Source of the DNA: Promethearchaeota archaeon
GTDB taxonomy: Archaea > Asgardarchaeota > Thorarchaeia > Thorarchaeales > Thorarchaeaceae
Reading direction: 5' to 3'
Assembly: GCA_014728035.1 (NCBI GenBank)
Contig: WJMJ01000079.1
Location: 32,001-96,000 of the forward strand
Length of the DNA stretch: 64,000 nt
Shown in pieces: positions 49,514-58,954 of the stretch (position 1 is the first letter of the stretch; each line of letters starts with the position of its first letter). Under the pieces are notes generated by a model, which was given only the letters and a program-made list of their open reading frames with translations, did no database searches and was not told the origin of the DNA. Both the position numbers and the translations under genes were made by a program.

Positions 49514-51845
49514 ACCTTTGATATTGGGTTCAGAACCAGAGAAGGATCCATTAGATTACCGGTCAAAAAGAAAAGTATCAATTAGTACTGATGCTGAAAT
49601 TGATTGGGATGATAGAACACTAGAAAAAAGATATTCTGTTCCCATAGTGTTTGGATTGTTCATTTTACTATGTGTTTTGGCAAATCCTCTTTTCATGCTT
49701 GTAATTTCTATGAGTATTCTCTCAATAACTTACATTCTCACTAAAGTTCCAGATTCTCATGAGATTGAAACTATTAAGAATAGTCAATGGGTTTTATTGA
49801 AACCACGAAAAGATTTTCTTACAGAAACTGTTGATTCAGTGCTATATGTCGATAATGATGAAAGCCGTCATCTCGTTGCATTGAAAATTGATTCACCAAG
49901 CAATTTGCTTTTCGGGTCATTAGGCGGTTTGATTCGTGCTTTGGATACGGAACATGGATTTTCTCTCTGCATATCGATGCATACAGTTTCTATTGAACAT
50001 GTTCTTAATCAGGATCGAATTCATTCTACGAAAGAAGAATTTCTCGAATCAATAGGAACTTCTGGCAGGTCTCAATTCATATCAATCAGAGGTGGATTGT
50101 GGACTGCAAAAGTATCCTTAGTTGGCCATTTGAAACAACTCGATGATGTAATCACATTCGAATCTGCTGTACATGGTGGTGTGCCAACTTCCGGATGGTG
50201 TAGACTAGATGATCATGAATTGTTTACACTTCTCGCTTTTAATACCGTACTATCCTACCCTTCAGGATTTTATGCTCTTGGACACGAATTATCAGAATGG
50301 CTCGTTCAACTTCCAAGTGAATTGGCACCTGAGGTCGGTAGTAATGTGCCTAGCGAATTTCTATCTCCAATAAAAACAACAAATCCTGATTACTCGCTTG
50401 GTGTAGCTATCAATCCTGAAACCCTTCAAACCGGGCCAGAAGTTGGGTTTACTCATACTGACCTTATCAATGGAACTTTGGTATGTGGAGGAACAGAGTC
50501 AGAGAGAAAGCGTATCTTAGCATTGCTAATTCAAGAACTTCTGAAATCGGATAAGAGGGTTCTTTTTGTTACAAGCAATAGAAGTAACAAGGATTTAGCT
50601 GGAATACAAGAGGATTCTATTTCCCTAGACTTGGGTGGTGATTTCGTATTGAATCCAGTTGATCCTGATTTGGTTCCACGAACTGAATATGTTGGGCAAT
50701 TAATATCAGCTCTTGAGATTCTTGCAGGGGAGAATCTTTCAGGTGCTGCAGATTTGGAAATTGCACTCAATCGTGTAGTTGCACTTGGCAACACCACTGT
50801 GGCTGACATTCGATTTGATACTGCAGAAGAACTCATGGAGAATCCTTCATTTGAGCAAACATCACAGACTTCATCTCCTAGTAGAAAATCGCTAGCAGGC
50901 CTTGATGCAATAAGATTGTTGCATGAAGGATCTGGTGCAAGTGCATTCTATGGAACTCAGACAATTCCCATGCAAAGACTTACTCAAATCCCATTCACAG
51001 TCATATCAGTGAACTTGGGCTCAGTTGAATTGAATACCTTTGCTTGTGATTTGTTGATGATGAAACTTGCTGGACTTGAGCATGATTCAGATTTTGTTAT
51101 AATCTTTGATGAGCCCCTGAACCTGGTTGCTAGAAATCACAGACACCACTACAGAATACCTTGGATGGATTTCATAGCAAAACGAATGAAAAAACGTGGT
51201 CCTTTTGTTATTGCAATGGAACATCCTGCAGACTTCTCACCTACCACTATAGGTCTTTTGACATCTTGTGTTTCAGCCCGGTTGCGAGAATCAGCTGATG
51301 TGAAAGTATCTATTGACCTTCTTGGATTAAGTGTTATACAAACTGGAATGCATAGTAAGGCTCGTCATTCATCGCGTGAAACATCTTTCTTACGAGTAAT
51401 TCCTGATGGTGTTGCAGTACTTGCTAACACTGGAGGAGAGTTAGGATATCCAGTTAAGCTAGATGATATGCCAGAAATTGTATACGAGTTCTCTAAGGTC
51501 AACCTATCCGAACGATTACCCGATTTGAGCATAGCCCATGAAAGTAGCCATGATTCTTCTTCTTTAATAGAACATGTAATGGGTCGTGACATTAAGCATG
51601 GTGTTTCAGTTCTTCGACTTCTTCAAAGATATGAACCTCTTACTCTTGAATCTATTAAGAAATTCATTTCTACAACTACAGAAACTGCGCTAGATATTGA
51701 GAGCATATTATTACGTCTTGAGCAAGGGAGCATGATCCTAAAGGGGCATGAAGTTCACAGTGGCGTTTCCTATATGAACTATAGATTAACTATGAAAGGC
51801 ATAATGGCATTGAGACAGTATGATGGGGAGGGTTCTAGTATTTGA
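49506..51845 (+). CDS. membrane-anchored HerA/VirB4/FtsK-like ATPase, Walker A degenerate, with C-terminal winged helix
   Basis: 2 N-terminal TMs; TLVCGGTESERK at the Walker A position; LNPV; VIIFDEP; AMEHP; C-terminal YRLTMKG wing. Confidence 0.7.
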   Translation: MGRPLILGSEPEKDPLDYRSKRKVSISTDAEIDWDDRTLEKRYSVPIVFGLFILLCVLANPLFMLVISMSILSITYILTKVPDSHEIETIKNSQWVLLKPRKDFLTETVDSVLYVDNDESRHLVALKIDSPSNLLFGSLGGLIRALDTEHGFSLCISMHTVSIEHVLNQDRIHSTKEEFLESIGTSGRSQFISIRGGLWTAKVSLVGHLKQLDDVITFESAVHGGVPTSGWCRLDDHELFTLLAFNTVLSYPSGFYALGHELSEWLVQLPSELAPEVGSNVPSEFLSPIKTTNPDYSLGVAINPETLQTGPEVGFTHTDLINGTLVCGGTESERKRILALLIQELLKSDKRVLFVTSNRSNKDLAGIQEDSISLDLGGDFVLNPVDPDLVPRTEYVGQLISALEILAGENLSGAADLEIALNRVVALGNTTVADIRFDTAEELMENPSFEQTSQTSSPSRKSLAGLDAIRLLHEGSGASAFYGTQTIPMQRLTQIPFTVISVNLGSVELNTFACDLLMMKLAGLEHDSDFVIIFDEPLNLVARNHRHHYRIPWMDFIAKRMKKRGPFVIAMEHPADFSPTTIGLLTSCVSARLRESADVKVSIDLLGLSVIQTGMHSKARHSSRETSFLRVIPDGVAVLANTGGELGYPVKLDDMPEIVYEFSKVNLSERLPDLSIAHESSHDSSSLIEHVMGRDIKHGVSVLRLLQRYEPLTLESIKKFISTTTETALDIESILLRLEQGSMILKGHEVHSGVSYMNYRLTMKGIMALRQYDGEGSSI

Positions 51846-54049
51846 CAACGGTGACAGAAACTCAACATCCAGTAGAAAAAATTCTTCAATCTATTGGGAT
51901 TATACCTCGAGGTGTCCAAGATGATGCAATTAATGCTGGAATACTTGAAGGAAAAAGTATCATGGTTTCAAGTCCAACCGGGTCAGGAAAAACCTTGGTC
52001 GGGGAGATAGCACTACTTAGAGCAACGTTGGACTCCAAAAAAGGACTTTATCTTGTTCCACTTCGAGCACTTGCTGTTCAAATTGCTAAGATATTGGATG
52101 AACGGTATGGTACTCAAGGTATTTCAATTGGTTTGAGTACTGGAGATTTTCACACGACAGGTGAAGAACTTTCATCATATGATATCATTGTAACAACTTA
52201 TGAGAGAGCTGATTCTTTACTTCGGAGAAATGCATCTTGGCTGCCATCACTTGGAACAGTTGTGATAGATGAGGTACAGACATTATCTGATAGTTATAGA
52301 GGAGCTAGATTAGAGTCTACAATAATTCGACTCAAACGATTGGTATCTGATTTGCAAATGATTGTATTATCAGCAACTATAGATGCACCAGAAGAAATAG
52401 CTGAGTGGTTGAATTGTGAATTAATTGTTTCTAATAAACGCCCAATACCACTTCATTGTAGAATCATTTCAACTAGCAACAAATCTGCGGCTATGAAGGA
52501 GATAGCTATGACTACTGTTCAGAGCAATGGGCAGTGTTTACTTTTCCATCGAACCCGTAGAGCAGCAGAATCTCAGGCTGTCAAACTTGCAGCTGAAGTT
52601 GGTCGTCAGTTCACAACTGAGGAAAAAAAGAATATTGATGCCGAATTGGAATCGGTAGTGAATTGGGATGTACGATTACCTGCTGATTTGAAAGCGCTCC
52701 TTCATGATGGTACTGCTTATCATCATGCAGGATTGGACTATCAAGCAAGACGCCTAATTGAAGAACTTTTCAAGAGAGGTATGATTAGGGTAATTTGTGC
52801 CACAACAACTTTGGCATCGGGTATTAACCTTCCAGCACGAACTGTTGTTCTTGCATCTGTTAGATCTCCCTCGAATCATAACACATTCTTATCTGGAAAT
52901 CAGATTCATCAGATGCTAGGAAGAGCTGGTCGTCCAGGATTTGATAACAGAGGAATCGGTGTTATTCTTGTTGGCAGTTCTGGAGAGGCTGATTTAGTTC
53001 GTCATAAATATTTCAAAACCATTACGGGAATTGATGGTAAAACAAAGGAGCTTCATCCAAAATATGATAGACTATCTAGTAAACTGAATCAGGCAAATGC
53101 TCTCACAGAGCAATTACTTGTGTCCTTTGACCTATACGGCTCCTCCACTATTGAAACTATTAAAAATGGTATTTTCTCCGAGTCCTTTTTGATGTTCTGT
53201 AGCGTTCGTGATACTAAATCTCCGCATCGTATATTACAACTTGGAGAGATTTCTGCAATTACCTCTATTGAACGTCATGCTTTACAAGATGCAATTCTAT
53301 CTGCCAGACAAAATGTTCTTGCATCAGTAAAACTTAGAGAGAAGACTGATTCCGTTATAGGAGGGATAGTAACTGTCTGGCAGGGTGGGAACTTCACATC
53401 AAGATTCTCAGCTAAATTATCACCAGATGGAACTGTGGAAGGTCCTATGTGTTCATGTGGCTCTCCATTGGATTCCTATGGAATCCTTTGTCCACATTTG
53501 GTAGCTTTAGGATTTGCTGCATCAAAAGAACTTGGAGCTATAGCAGATTATGTAATTCCTTTGGCACTATCAGAAACAAGTCCATTGGGGGTACTTACAA
53601 AATTATCCCTTGTTGAAGGTGGAGAGGATGGAGAATATATCATAACACATCTTGGAAGAGTTGTTAATCGACTCTATCTAAGCATCCCAACAATCCGAGA
53701 AATGATTGCTATCCTTCCATTCACTGAATCATCTGGAGACCTTCTCTGGTTATTGCGGCATCTTGTTGCGATTGAATCGGGTTCCACCTTAGATGAATCA
53801 TATGATAATCTGGTAGCTGGTGTAGCCAGCACTGACATTGAGGTTAGCAAACTTGCAGAGAATCTTGGATTACATGTGGGCGATGCATTTGGACTATTAG
53901 AAACCTCAAGATGGCTTCTTTCTGCAATTTCTGCCATAAGTGAAATTGGTGGATTTGAACAATTAACAACAAGATCGCTGGATCTATTAGAATCGCTAGA
54001 TCGAAGTCTTGGAAAAAAAAGTGAAAATATCCGGGAGAAAGAGAAATAA
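51842..54049 (+). CDS. Ski2/Hel308-like SF2 helicase with inserted SWIM zinc finger
   Basis: PTGSGKT, PLRALA, TTYE, DEVQ, SAT, YHHAGL, TTTLASGINLPA, QMLGRAGR; CSC-x10-CPH. Confidence 0.92.
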   Translation: MTTVTETQHPVEKILQSIGIIPRGVQDDAINAGILEGKSIMVSSPTGSGKTLVGEIALLRATLDSKKGLYLVPLRALAVQIAKILDERYGTQGISIGLSTGDFHTTGEELSSYDIIVTTYERADSLLRRNASWLPSLGTVVIDEVQTLSDSYRGARLESTIIRLKRLVSDLQMIVLSATIDAPEEIAEWLNCELIVSNKRPIPLHCRIISTSNKSAAMKEIAMTTVQSNGQCLLFHRTRRAAESQAVKLAAEVGRQFTTEEKKNIDAELESVVNWDVRLPADLKALLHDGTAYHHAGLDYQARRLIEELFKRGMIRVICATTTLASGINLPARTVVLASVRSPSNHNTFLSGNQIHQMLGRAGRPGFDNRGIGVILVGSSGEADLVRHKYFKTITGIDGKTKELHPKYDRLSSKLNQANALTEQLLVSFDLYGSSTIETIKNGIFSESFLMFCSVRDTKSPHRILQLGEISAITSIERHALQDAILSARQNVLASVKLREKTDSVIGGIVTVWQGGNFTSRFSAKLSPDGTVEGPMCSCGSPLDSYGILCPHLVALGFAASKELGAIADYVIPLALSETSPLGVLTKLSLVEGGEDGEYIITHLGRVVNRLYLSIPTIREMIAILPFTESSGDLLWLLRHLVAIESGSTLDESYDNLVAGVASTDIEVSKLAENLGLHVGDAFGLLETSRWLLSAISAISEIGGFEQLTTRSLDLLESLDRSLGKKSENIREKEK

Positions 54050-55608
54050 TGGCAATTTCAGATGAGAGAGAATCAAAAATTGTATCAACTGATACAACTG
54101 ATGAAATAGAAACAGAATATGATATTGTGAAAGCCCTAGAGGCAACTGGACACCTGACTCATACTTATGAAAATGGTTTGGTTCTTGGTGTACGACTGGA
54201 AGGTGTGAAAGGTACGCGTGGTGTACATTTGGATATAGTCCACATCCTTGACCTTAGGAAAGCAGAGTTTGGTAAAACTAGTTTAGCCATGCGGGCTGCA
54301 GTTTTAGAGAGTATGAATAGAGACCTCGAATCCATTCTTGAAGATGTTGACCTTCATACATTTTTGGATGCCCAGACGATCACTACTGCTTGGGGTCGAA
54401 TTCAGATTCCTCTTCTTGGGTCTGGAGACCATCCTTCCAAATCTATGATACACGAAACTCGAACGGTGTATGTCATTGTAAAGGATACAAAATCTTCAAA
54501 GGACTTTTCTTGGCTAACTGAATCCAAAAGGGTCGTTACCCCTGAAGAATTTGCCTTTTTACGTCTCACTGATACCAAGTCACTTAGAAGTGAATTGAAA
54601 AACCAAATCACCTCAGAAAAATGGAAGTTGCTTGAAAAGGGATTTAGGGATAGCTGGCTAGGAATCATATTTTCTTCAATAATATTACTTGGCATAGGAA
54701 CAATTGTTGGCATTCTTTTTGCCAATCAAGGAAATATGGCTGCTCCAATCATTTCAATTATTATTGGTTTGATGGTTGGAGGTGCATTCTTGAGTTCATC
54801 AAGGACAAGTCTTTCTGAATTTCGGAAGATAGTTTCAGAAGAGGAAAGAAAATTATCTGAAATGGGAGATAAAACAAGAATAGAGTTATCCGTACTTGAA
54901 AATCAAGATGACATGCGCCTCTTGGGCGATTTGAATTTCATAGTGTCTCCCTTAATGGCACAAGCTGCAAATGCTCTTTCGAGTGCTGAATATGATAATG
55001 CGGTCAGTTCGGTTTGTTCTGTGATGGATGAATGTATGCGTTTTTCACCGAGCGACCTAGATACAATAAAAAGTTCACTTGTTGGAGGTGATGAGGGATT
55101 GGCAAAATTTGTTGGGTTCTTTGCTGAGCTTGGGGCTGATGAATATGAGACTGATTTGGCATTGGCTTATGTAGCTTTAACTGGCTATGCAATCGACCCT
55201 ATTTCTGCTGAAGAAGTCATAACTCATATTGCAACCCTCAATAATGCCCTCTATCATATTGGAGCTTTGCGCCCAGATGTGAAGGAGATTATTGATGATT
55301 TATTGAATTCGCGTGCAGGGAAGGAAGCTGTAGAGTATTTAAACGAAGAGCTAAGTAAACCGTTAGAACCAATTCCCGATCCAGTAGAAATCGATGACGG
55401 TGAAAGCGAAGACCACTTGAAAGACACTTCAACCATTTCAAGTGAGATGGATTCATTAAAGGAGTTCATAACAGAATCGGAAGCAACGCAAGTTGAATCA
55501 GGTGAACCATTAGAAGATGTGGATTTAGATGACATATCAATGACAGGGTCTGATATCGTTTCCAGGATAAATATGGATATAACACCGGAGGATGAAGAAT
55601 CTGATTAG
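54049..55608 (+). CDS. membrane protein (central TM hairpin, coiled coil, acidic C-terminal tail)
   Basis: Two TMs around aa 203-250; D/E-rich C-terminus. Confidence 0.75.
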   Translation: MAISDERESKIVSTDTTDEIETEYDIVKALEATGHLTHTYENGLVLGVRLEGVKGTRGVHLDIVHILDLRKAEFGKTSLAMRAAVLESMNRDLESILEDVDLHTFLDAQTITTAWGRIQIPLLGSGDHPSKSMIHETRTVYVIVKDTKSSKDFSWLTESKRVVTPEEFAFLRLTDTKSLRSELKNQITSEKWKLLEKGFRDSWLGIIFSSIILLGIGTIVGILFANQGNMAAPIISIIIGLMVGGAFLSSSRTSLSEFRKIVSEEERKLSEMGDKTRIELSVLENQDDMRLLGDLNFIVSPLMAQAANALSSAEYDNAVSSVCSVMDECMRFSPSDLDTIKSSLVGGDEGLAKFVGFFAELGADEYETDLALAYVALTGYAIDPISAEEVITHIATLNNALYHIGALRPDVKEIIDDLLNSRAGKEAVEYLNEELSKPLEPIPDPVEIDDGESEDHLKDTSTISSEMDSLKEFITESEATQVESGEPLEDVDLDDISMTGSDIVSRINMDITPEDEESD

Positions 55609-56302
55609 TGTTTCACAAATATCAGAACTTGTTCTTTTTCCTGGTTTGATGCATATTTGGGGAAAAGCGGGTTCTGGAAAAACAAGCTTGGCAGTCGCTC
55701 TTGCTTCTTACGCGTCAAGAAAAGGGCCCGTAGAATGGATATGTACTGACGGGAAGAAGCTATTCCTTCCTCAATTGAAGAAGAATATCATACAGCAGAG
55801 GGGTAATATTGATACAGTCACTGTACAGATACCTCAATCCTACCATGAGAGCCAACAAGCGATTCTGAACCTAGTTGAAGATATATCTCCTCTTACAAAG
55901 TGTATTGTAATCGATTCGATAACTAGAGCCCTAGATATGAGTCATGATGAATCACAACTCTGGGGAAGAGAACTGATCGAAGAAGTATTACCAACCCTTG
56001 CAAGTTTAAGTTTAGCAAGAAGAATTCAAATTATCATTACTAGTGAGATACGAGAAATTCCAGACAGAGGACCAGTTCCAGTTCTACATGATGTTATTAA
56101 TCGCTGGTCTGATGTAGAACTTGCTGTCAGAAAATCAGTAAATCCAAGAGTTTCAGAGATTTTCCTCTATTCTTCTAATTCTCCAGAATTCAGTCTGATA
56201 GGTTCTATCTCACTGAATTCTAATCAAGTAGCATCACTTCATGATACAGATACCGAAAAAACAATTGGAGGACATAGTAGTGTTCAGCAAGGGACTGTTT
56301 AA
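55592..56302 (+). CDS. RadB/Rad51-paralog-like RecA-fold ATPase
   Basis: HIWGKAGSGKTSL, WICTD, CIVIDSI, ITSEIR. Confidence 0.82.
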   Translation: MKNLISVSQISELVLFPGLMHIWGKAGSGKTSLAVALASYASRKGPVEWICTDGKKLFLPQLKKNIIQQRGNIDTVTVQIPQSYHESQQAILNLVEDISPLTKCIVIDSITRALDMSHDESQLWGRELIEEVLPTLASLSLARRIQIIITSEIREIPDRGPVPVLHDVINRWSDVELAVRKSVNPRVSEIFLYSSNSPEFSLIGSISLNSNQVASLHDTDTEKTIGGHSSVQQGTV

Positions 56303-57245
56303 GCTTGTTGGAATTGGAATTACCATTGCTATTGCTTTACTCATTGGATCAAATATTATCACCTCGATTATAGCAATTGTCAGTGAAGCTAAAGCAGGTA
56401 ATCCTTTCCCCTTGATTTTGATTTACATATCCACAGTAGTGATTGTTGTTATCTCTCGTTTTTTCGATGACAAAGCTATAACTGGTGTTTTATTGCGAAT
56501 CAGTTCACTTATTGCAATCTCTTATTCTGGGATTTTGTCTTTCGTAATCGGAATTCCTTATGGGATAGCTATCTCTCTAACATTCTTTGCACTCACGACA
56601 CTGTTTTTCGCAGCGCTATATGACCCGTCTGAGATTAGGAGCTTTCTGAATTCTGATGAATATCTAAGCCAGTTAAGTAAAATTAGGAAATGGACTACAG
56701 GAGATTCTTATCAAAGTGCAGGGATTTCAACAACACTATTGAATCTACATAGGGTTCTACTAATTTCTCAAGATGATCGATCAAAAGTTATTAGCTTACT
56801 CAAGAGTCGGCCCTATTTGCCAATTTCACTCCACCATTTTGTGGATTGTGATGTTGTGATTCTATCTATCAATCCTGAAGAAACCAATCAAACATGTAGA
56901 ATCATCGCACTTTTCAAAGAACTGCAAATTGATTCAGCAAAAGAAGCTCCCAATCTTATGGCTGAAGCTATATTATCAATTCCTTTACTTGATGAGCAGA
57001 ATGGGATCATTAAGAGCGATTATAGAGTTGTAAAGTCCGAATCATCGGTTCAAAATCTGCTTGAAACGTTTCCTATACGAATGATAGTCATTGGGCATCC
57101 TGAAGGATTGCAAGTTCTCCTTCCAGAACATGAAATTCTTGGTGTTGACTCTCAACCACTTCCAGCGGGTCATGAAAATGAGATTTTACTAATGCATAAT
57201 TTTCAATCGATACGGGAGGTATCAAAAAATGCGAATATCACTTAG
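56280..57245 (+). CDS. membrane protein, 4 N-terminal TMs + cytoplasmic domain
   Basis: GGAGG RBS + GTG at 56280; four hydrophobic helices. Confidence 0.72.
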   Translation: MFSKGLFKLVGIGITIAIALLIGSNIITSIIAIVSEAKAGNPFPLILIYISTVVIVVISRFFDDKAITGVLLRISSLIAISYSGILSFVIGIPYGIAISLTFFALTTLFFAALYDPSEIRSFLNSDEYLSQLSKIRKWTTGDSYQSAGISTTLLNLHRVLLISQDDRSKVISLLKSRPYLPISLHHFVDCDVVILSINPEETNQTCRIIALFKELQIDSAKEAPNLMAEAILSIPLLDEQNGIIKSDYRVVKSESSVQNLLETFPIRMIVIGHPEGLQVLLPEHEILGVDSQPLPAGHENEILLMHNFQSIREVSKNANIT

Positions 57246-57945
57246 TGCTTTTGATGTTGATGATATAGAAAATCCAATAATTCGTCTTTATCCGGAGGTC
57301 CTTCATCGTTCTGTAGGTCGATTGTTACTTCCTGGACAAATCAGTTTGTTGTACGGTGAAACTAAAGCACCTCTTACTCGATTGGCACATTTTATTACTT
57401 GTTCTATCGCAGAGAAACATCAAGTGCTATTTCTTGATTCGAGCAATAATTATAATGCCTCTCTTGTTAAACGGTATTTAGAAAGATTTCAGAATCGTAG
57501 AGATGTTCTAGAAAACATTCTAGTAGGAAAAGTGCTCTCTCTTTCTGATTTAGTTAATCTAACTGAACAAGTAGATGAGATTCAGAATCTGCGCTGTATT
57601 GTCCTTGATAGTTTAAGTGGAGTATTGAATCTTAGTGGCTCTCCTGGTGCCATCGAGCGACAGAGATTTCTTTTCAAAACTCTTCACGTTATGAGAAAGC
57701 TAGTCAATTTAACAGACATTCATTTTGTATCTACGAGTTATTCAACTCAAGATTGGGATACTGGAGAAAGAAGGCCTATAGGAGGTAATGTTCTAGCTCA
57801 TAATCTGGATTCTATTCTTCGAGTTAATATTATTGATGAGAAAAAGAAAATTTTGCAAATAGAAATCGAGCGCAGCTCAATGCCCACTAATCATGATATT
57901 TTTGCTCTGAAAAGCTCAATATCTGGATTTAGAACTATTTCGTGA
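57229..57945 (+). CDS. RecA-fold Rad51-paralog-like protein, Walker A degenerate
   Basis: PGQISLLYGETKAPLT, FLDS, IVLDSLS, ERQR, PIGGNVLAH. Confidence 0.8.
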   Translation: MRISLSAFDVDDIENPIIRLYPEVLHRSVGRLLLPGQISLLYGETKAPLTRLAHFITCSIAEKHQVLFLDSSNNYNASLVKRYLERFQNRRDVLENILVGKVLSLSDLVNLTEQVDEIQNLRCIVLDSLSGVLNLSGSPGAIERQRFLFKTLHVMRKLVNLTDIHFVSTSYSTQDWDTGERRPIGGNVLAHNLDSILRVNIIDEKKKILQIEIERSSMPTNHDIFALKSSISGFRTIS

Positions 57946-57955
57946 TGGTGATTCC

Positions 57956-58945
57956 ATGGGTGTAAAGGGTTGGAATTTTATTCCTTGGCGATGGGTTGAA
58001 CTTGATGAAATCATTCAAGGCCCGATTGCCATAGATGTACCAAATTATTTGACTCGTAGATTAACTGTATTCAGATCTCAAAGAATACAAAATGGAAGAA
58101 TTCCTCTTCAGCATGTGAGTGTGATTTTGAGCATCATCAAATCCGCATTGGCACACAAAATAACACCTCTATTTCTTTTTGATGGCCCTCCTGAATCGCT
58201 GAAACGAAAACCTAACCCCTCACTCTTGATCGAAGCTCAAAATTTGTACAAGGAGTTTCGAAAAACCAATGATGCGTTTGATGATTCGATTTCTGAACGT
58301 CTCTATAATAGTCCTGCTATTAGAATGTATTTTGTTATGGAACATACAAAGGATATTGCGTCTTATTGTGGAATTCCTGTAATTAGGTCTCCAAGTGAAG
58401 CAGAACTTTTTGGTGCATTACTCTGCAAACAAAAATTAGCTACCACAGTTGTCTCAAATGATGTTGATGCATTACTATTTGGAAGTCATCATGTAACCAA
58501 ACAATTGCAATTTTCAAAAGAAATGATTCATCGAACAACAATTAGTGATTTGAAAGATGTCTTGAACCTTAACCTTTCACAACTCAGAGATTTAGCTATA
58601 CTATGTGGGTGTGATTTCTACCCTTCTGGACTGAAAGGAATTGGACCAAGAAAAGGTGCTGCTTTACTCAATCGTCATGGGAATCTCTCTAACGTATTAG
58701 ATTCACAAGGAATTTATGGTGTTGAGAAAGAGGATATGATTCGAGCACGTGAAGTTTTCGACGAAGCTAGTTACCTCTCAATTCATGGAGTTAATACTTC
58801 TCTGCGCCCTCCATTAGTTTCAAAATTGGAAAACATTTTGCATCCTGTTCTTGGTTCAGATCGAGCCAACACGTGGGCTTATGAAATGGTATCATTATGG
58901 AAAAGGTTCAGAGTGAAGCAGGCAACATTAGATAAATGGATTTGA
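57956..58945 (+). CDS. fen: FEN1/XPG-family structure-specific nuclease with PIP box
   Basis: MGV, IAID, FDG, EAE, NDVDALLFG, GCDF, GIGP, C-terminal KQATLDKWI. Confidence 0.88.
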   Translation: MGVKGWNFIPWRWVELDEIIQGPIAIDVPNYLTRRLTVFRSQRIQNGRIPLQHVSVILSIIKSALAHKITPLFLFDGPPESLKRKPNPSLLIEAQNLYKEFRKTNDAFDDSISERLYNSPAIRMYFVMEHTKDIASYCGIPVIRSPSEAELFGALLCKQKLATTVVSNDVDALLFGSHHVTKQLQFSKEMIHRTTISDLKDVLNLNLSQLRDLAILCGCDFYPSGLKGIGPRKGAALLNRHGNLSNVLDSQGIYGVEKEDMIRAREVFDEASYLSIHGVNTSLRPPLVSKLENILHPVLGSDRANTWAYEMVSLWKRFRVKQATLDKWI

Positions 58946-58954
58946 GGATTCTAT

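Noticed and set aside
43315-58945. Provirus, ICE or plasmid integration; or ImuABC-type mutasome
   Set aside because: No integrase, relaxase, capsid/terminase, flanking tRNA or att repeats seen; no DNA polymerase gene in the operon
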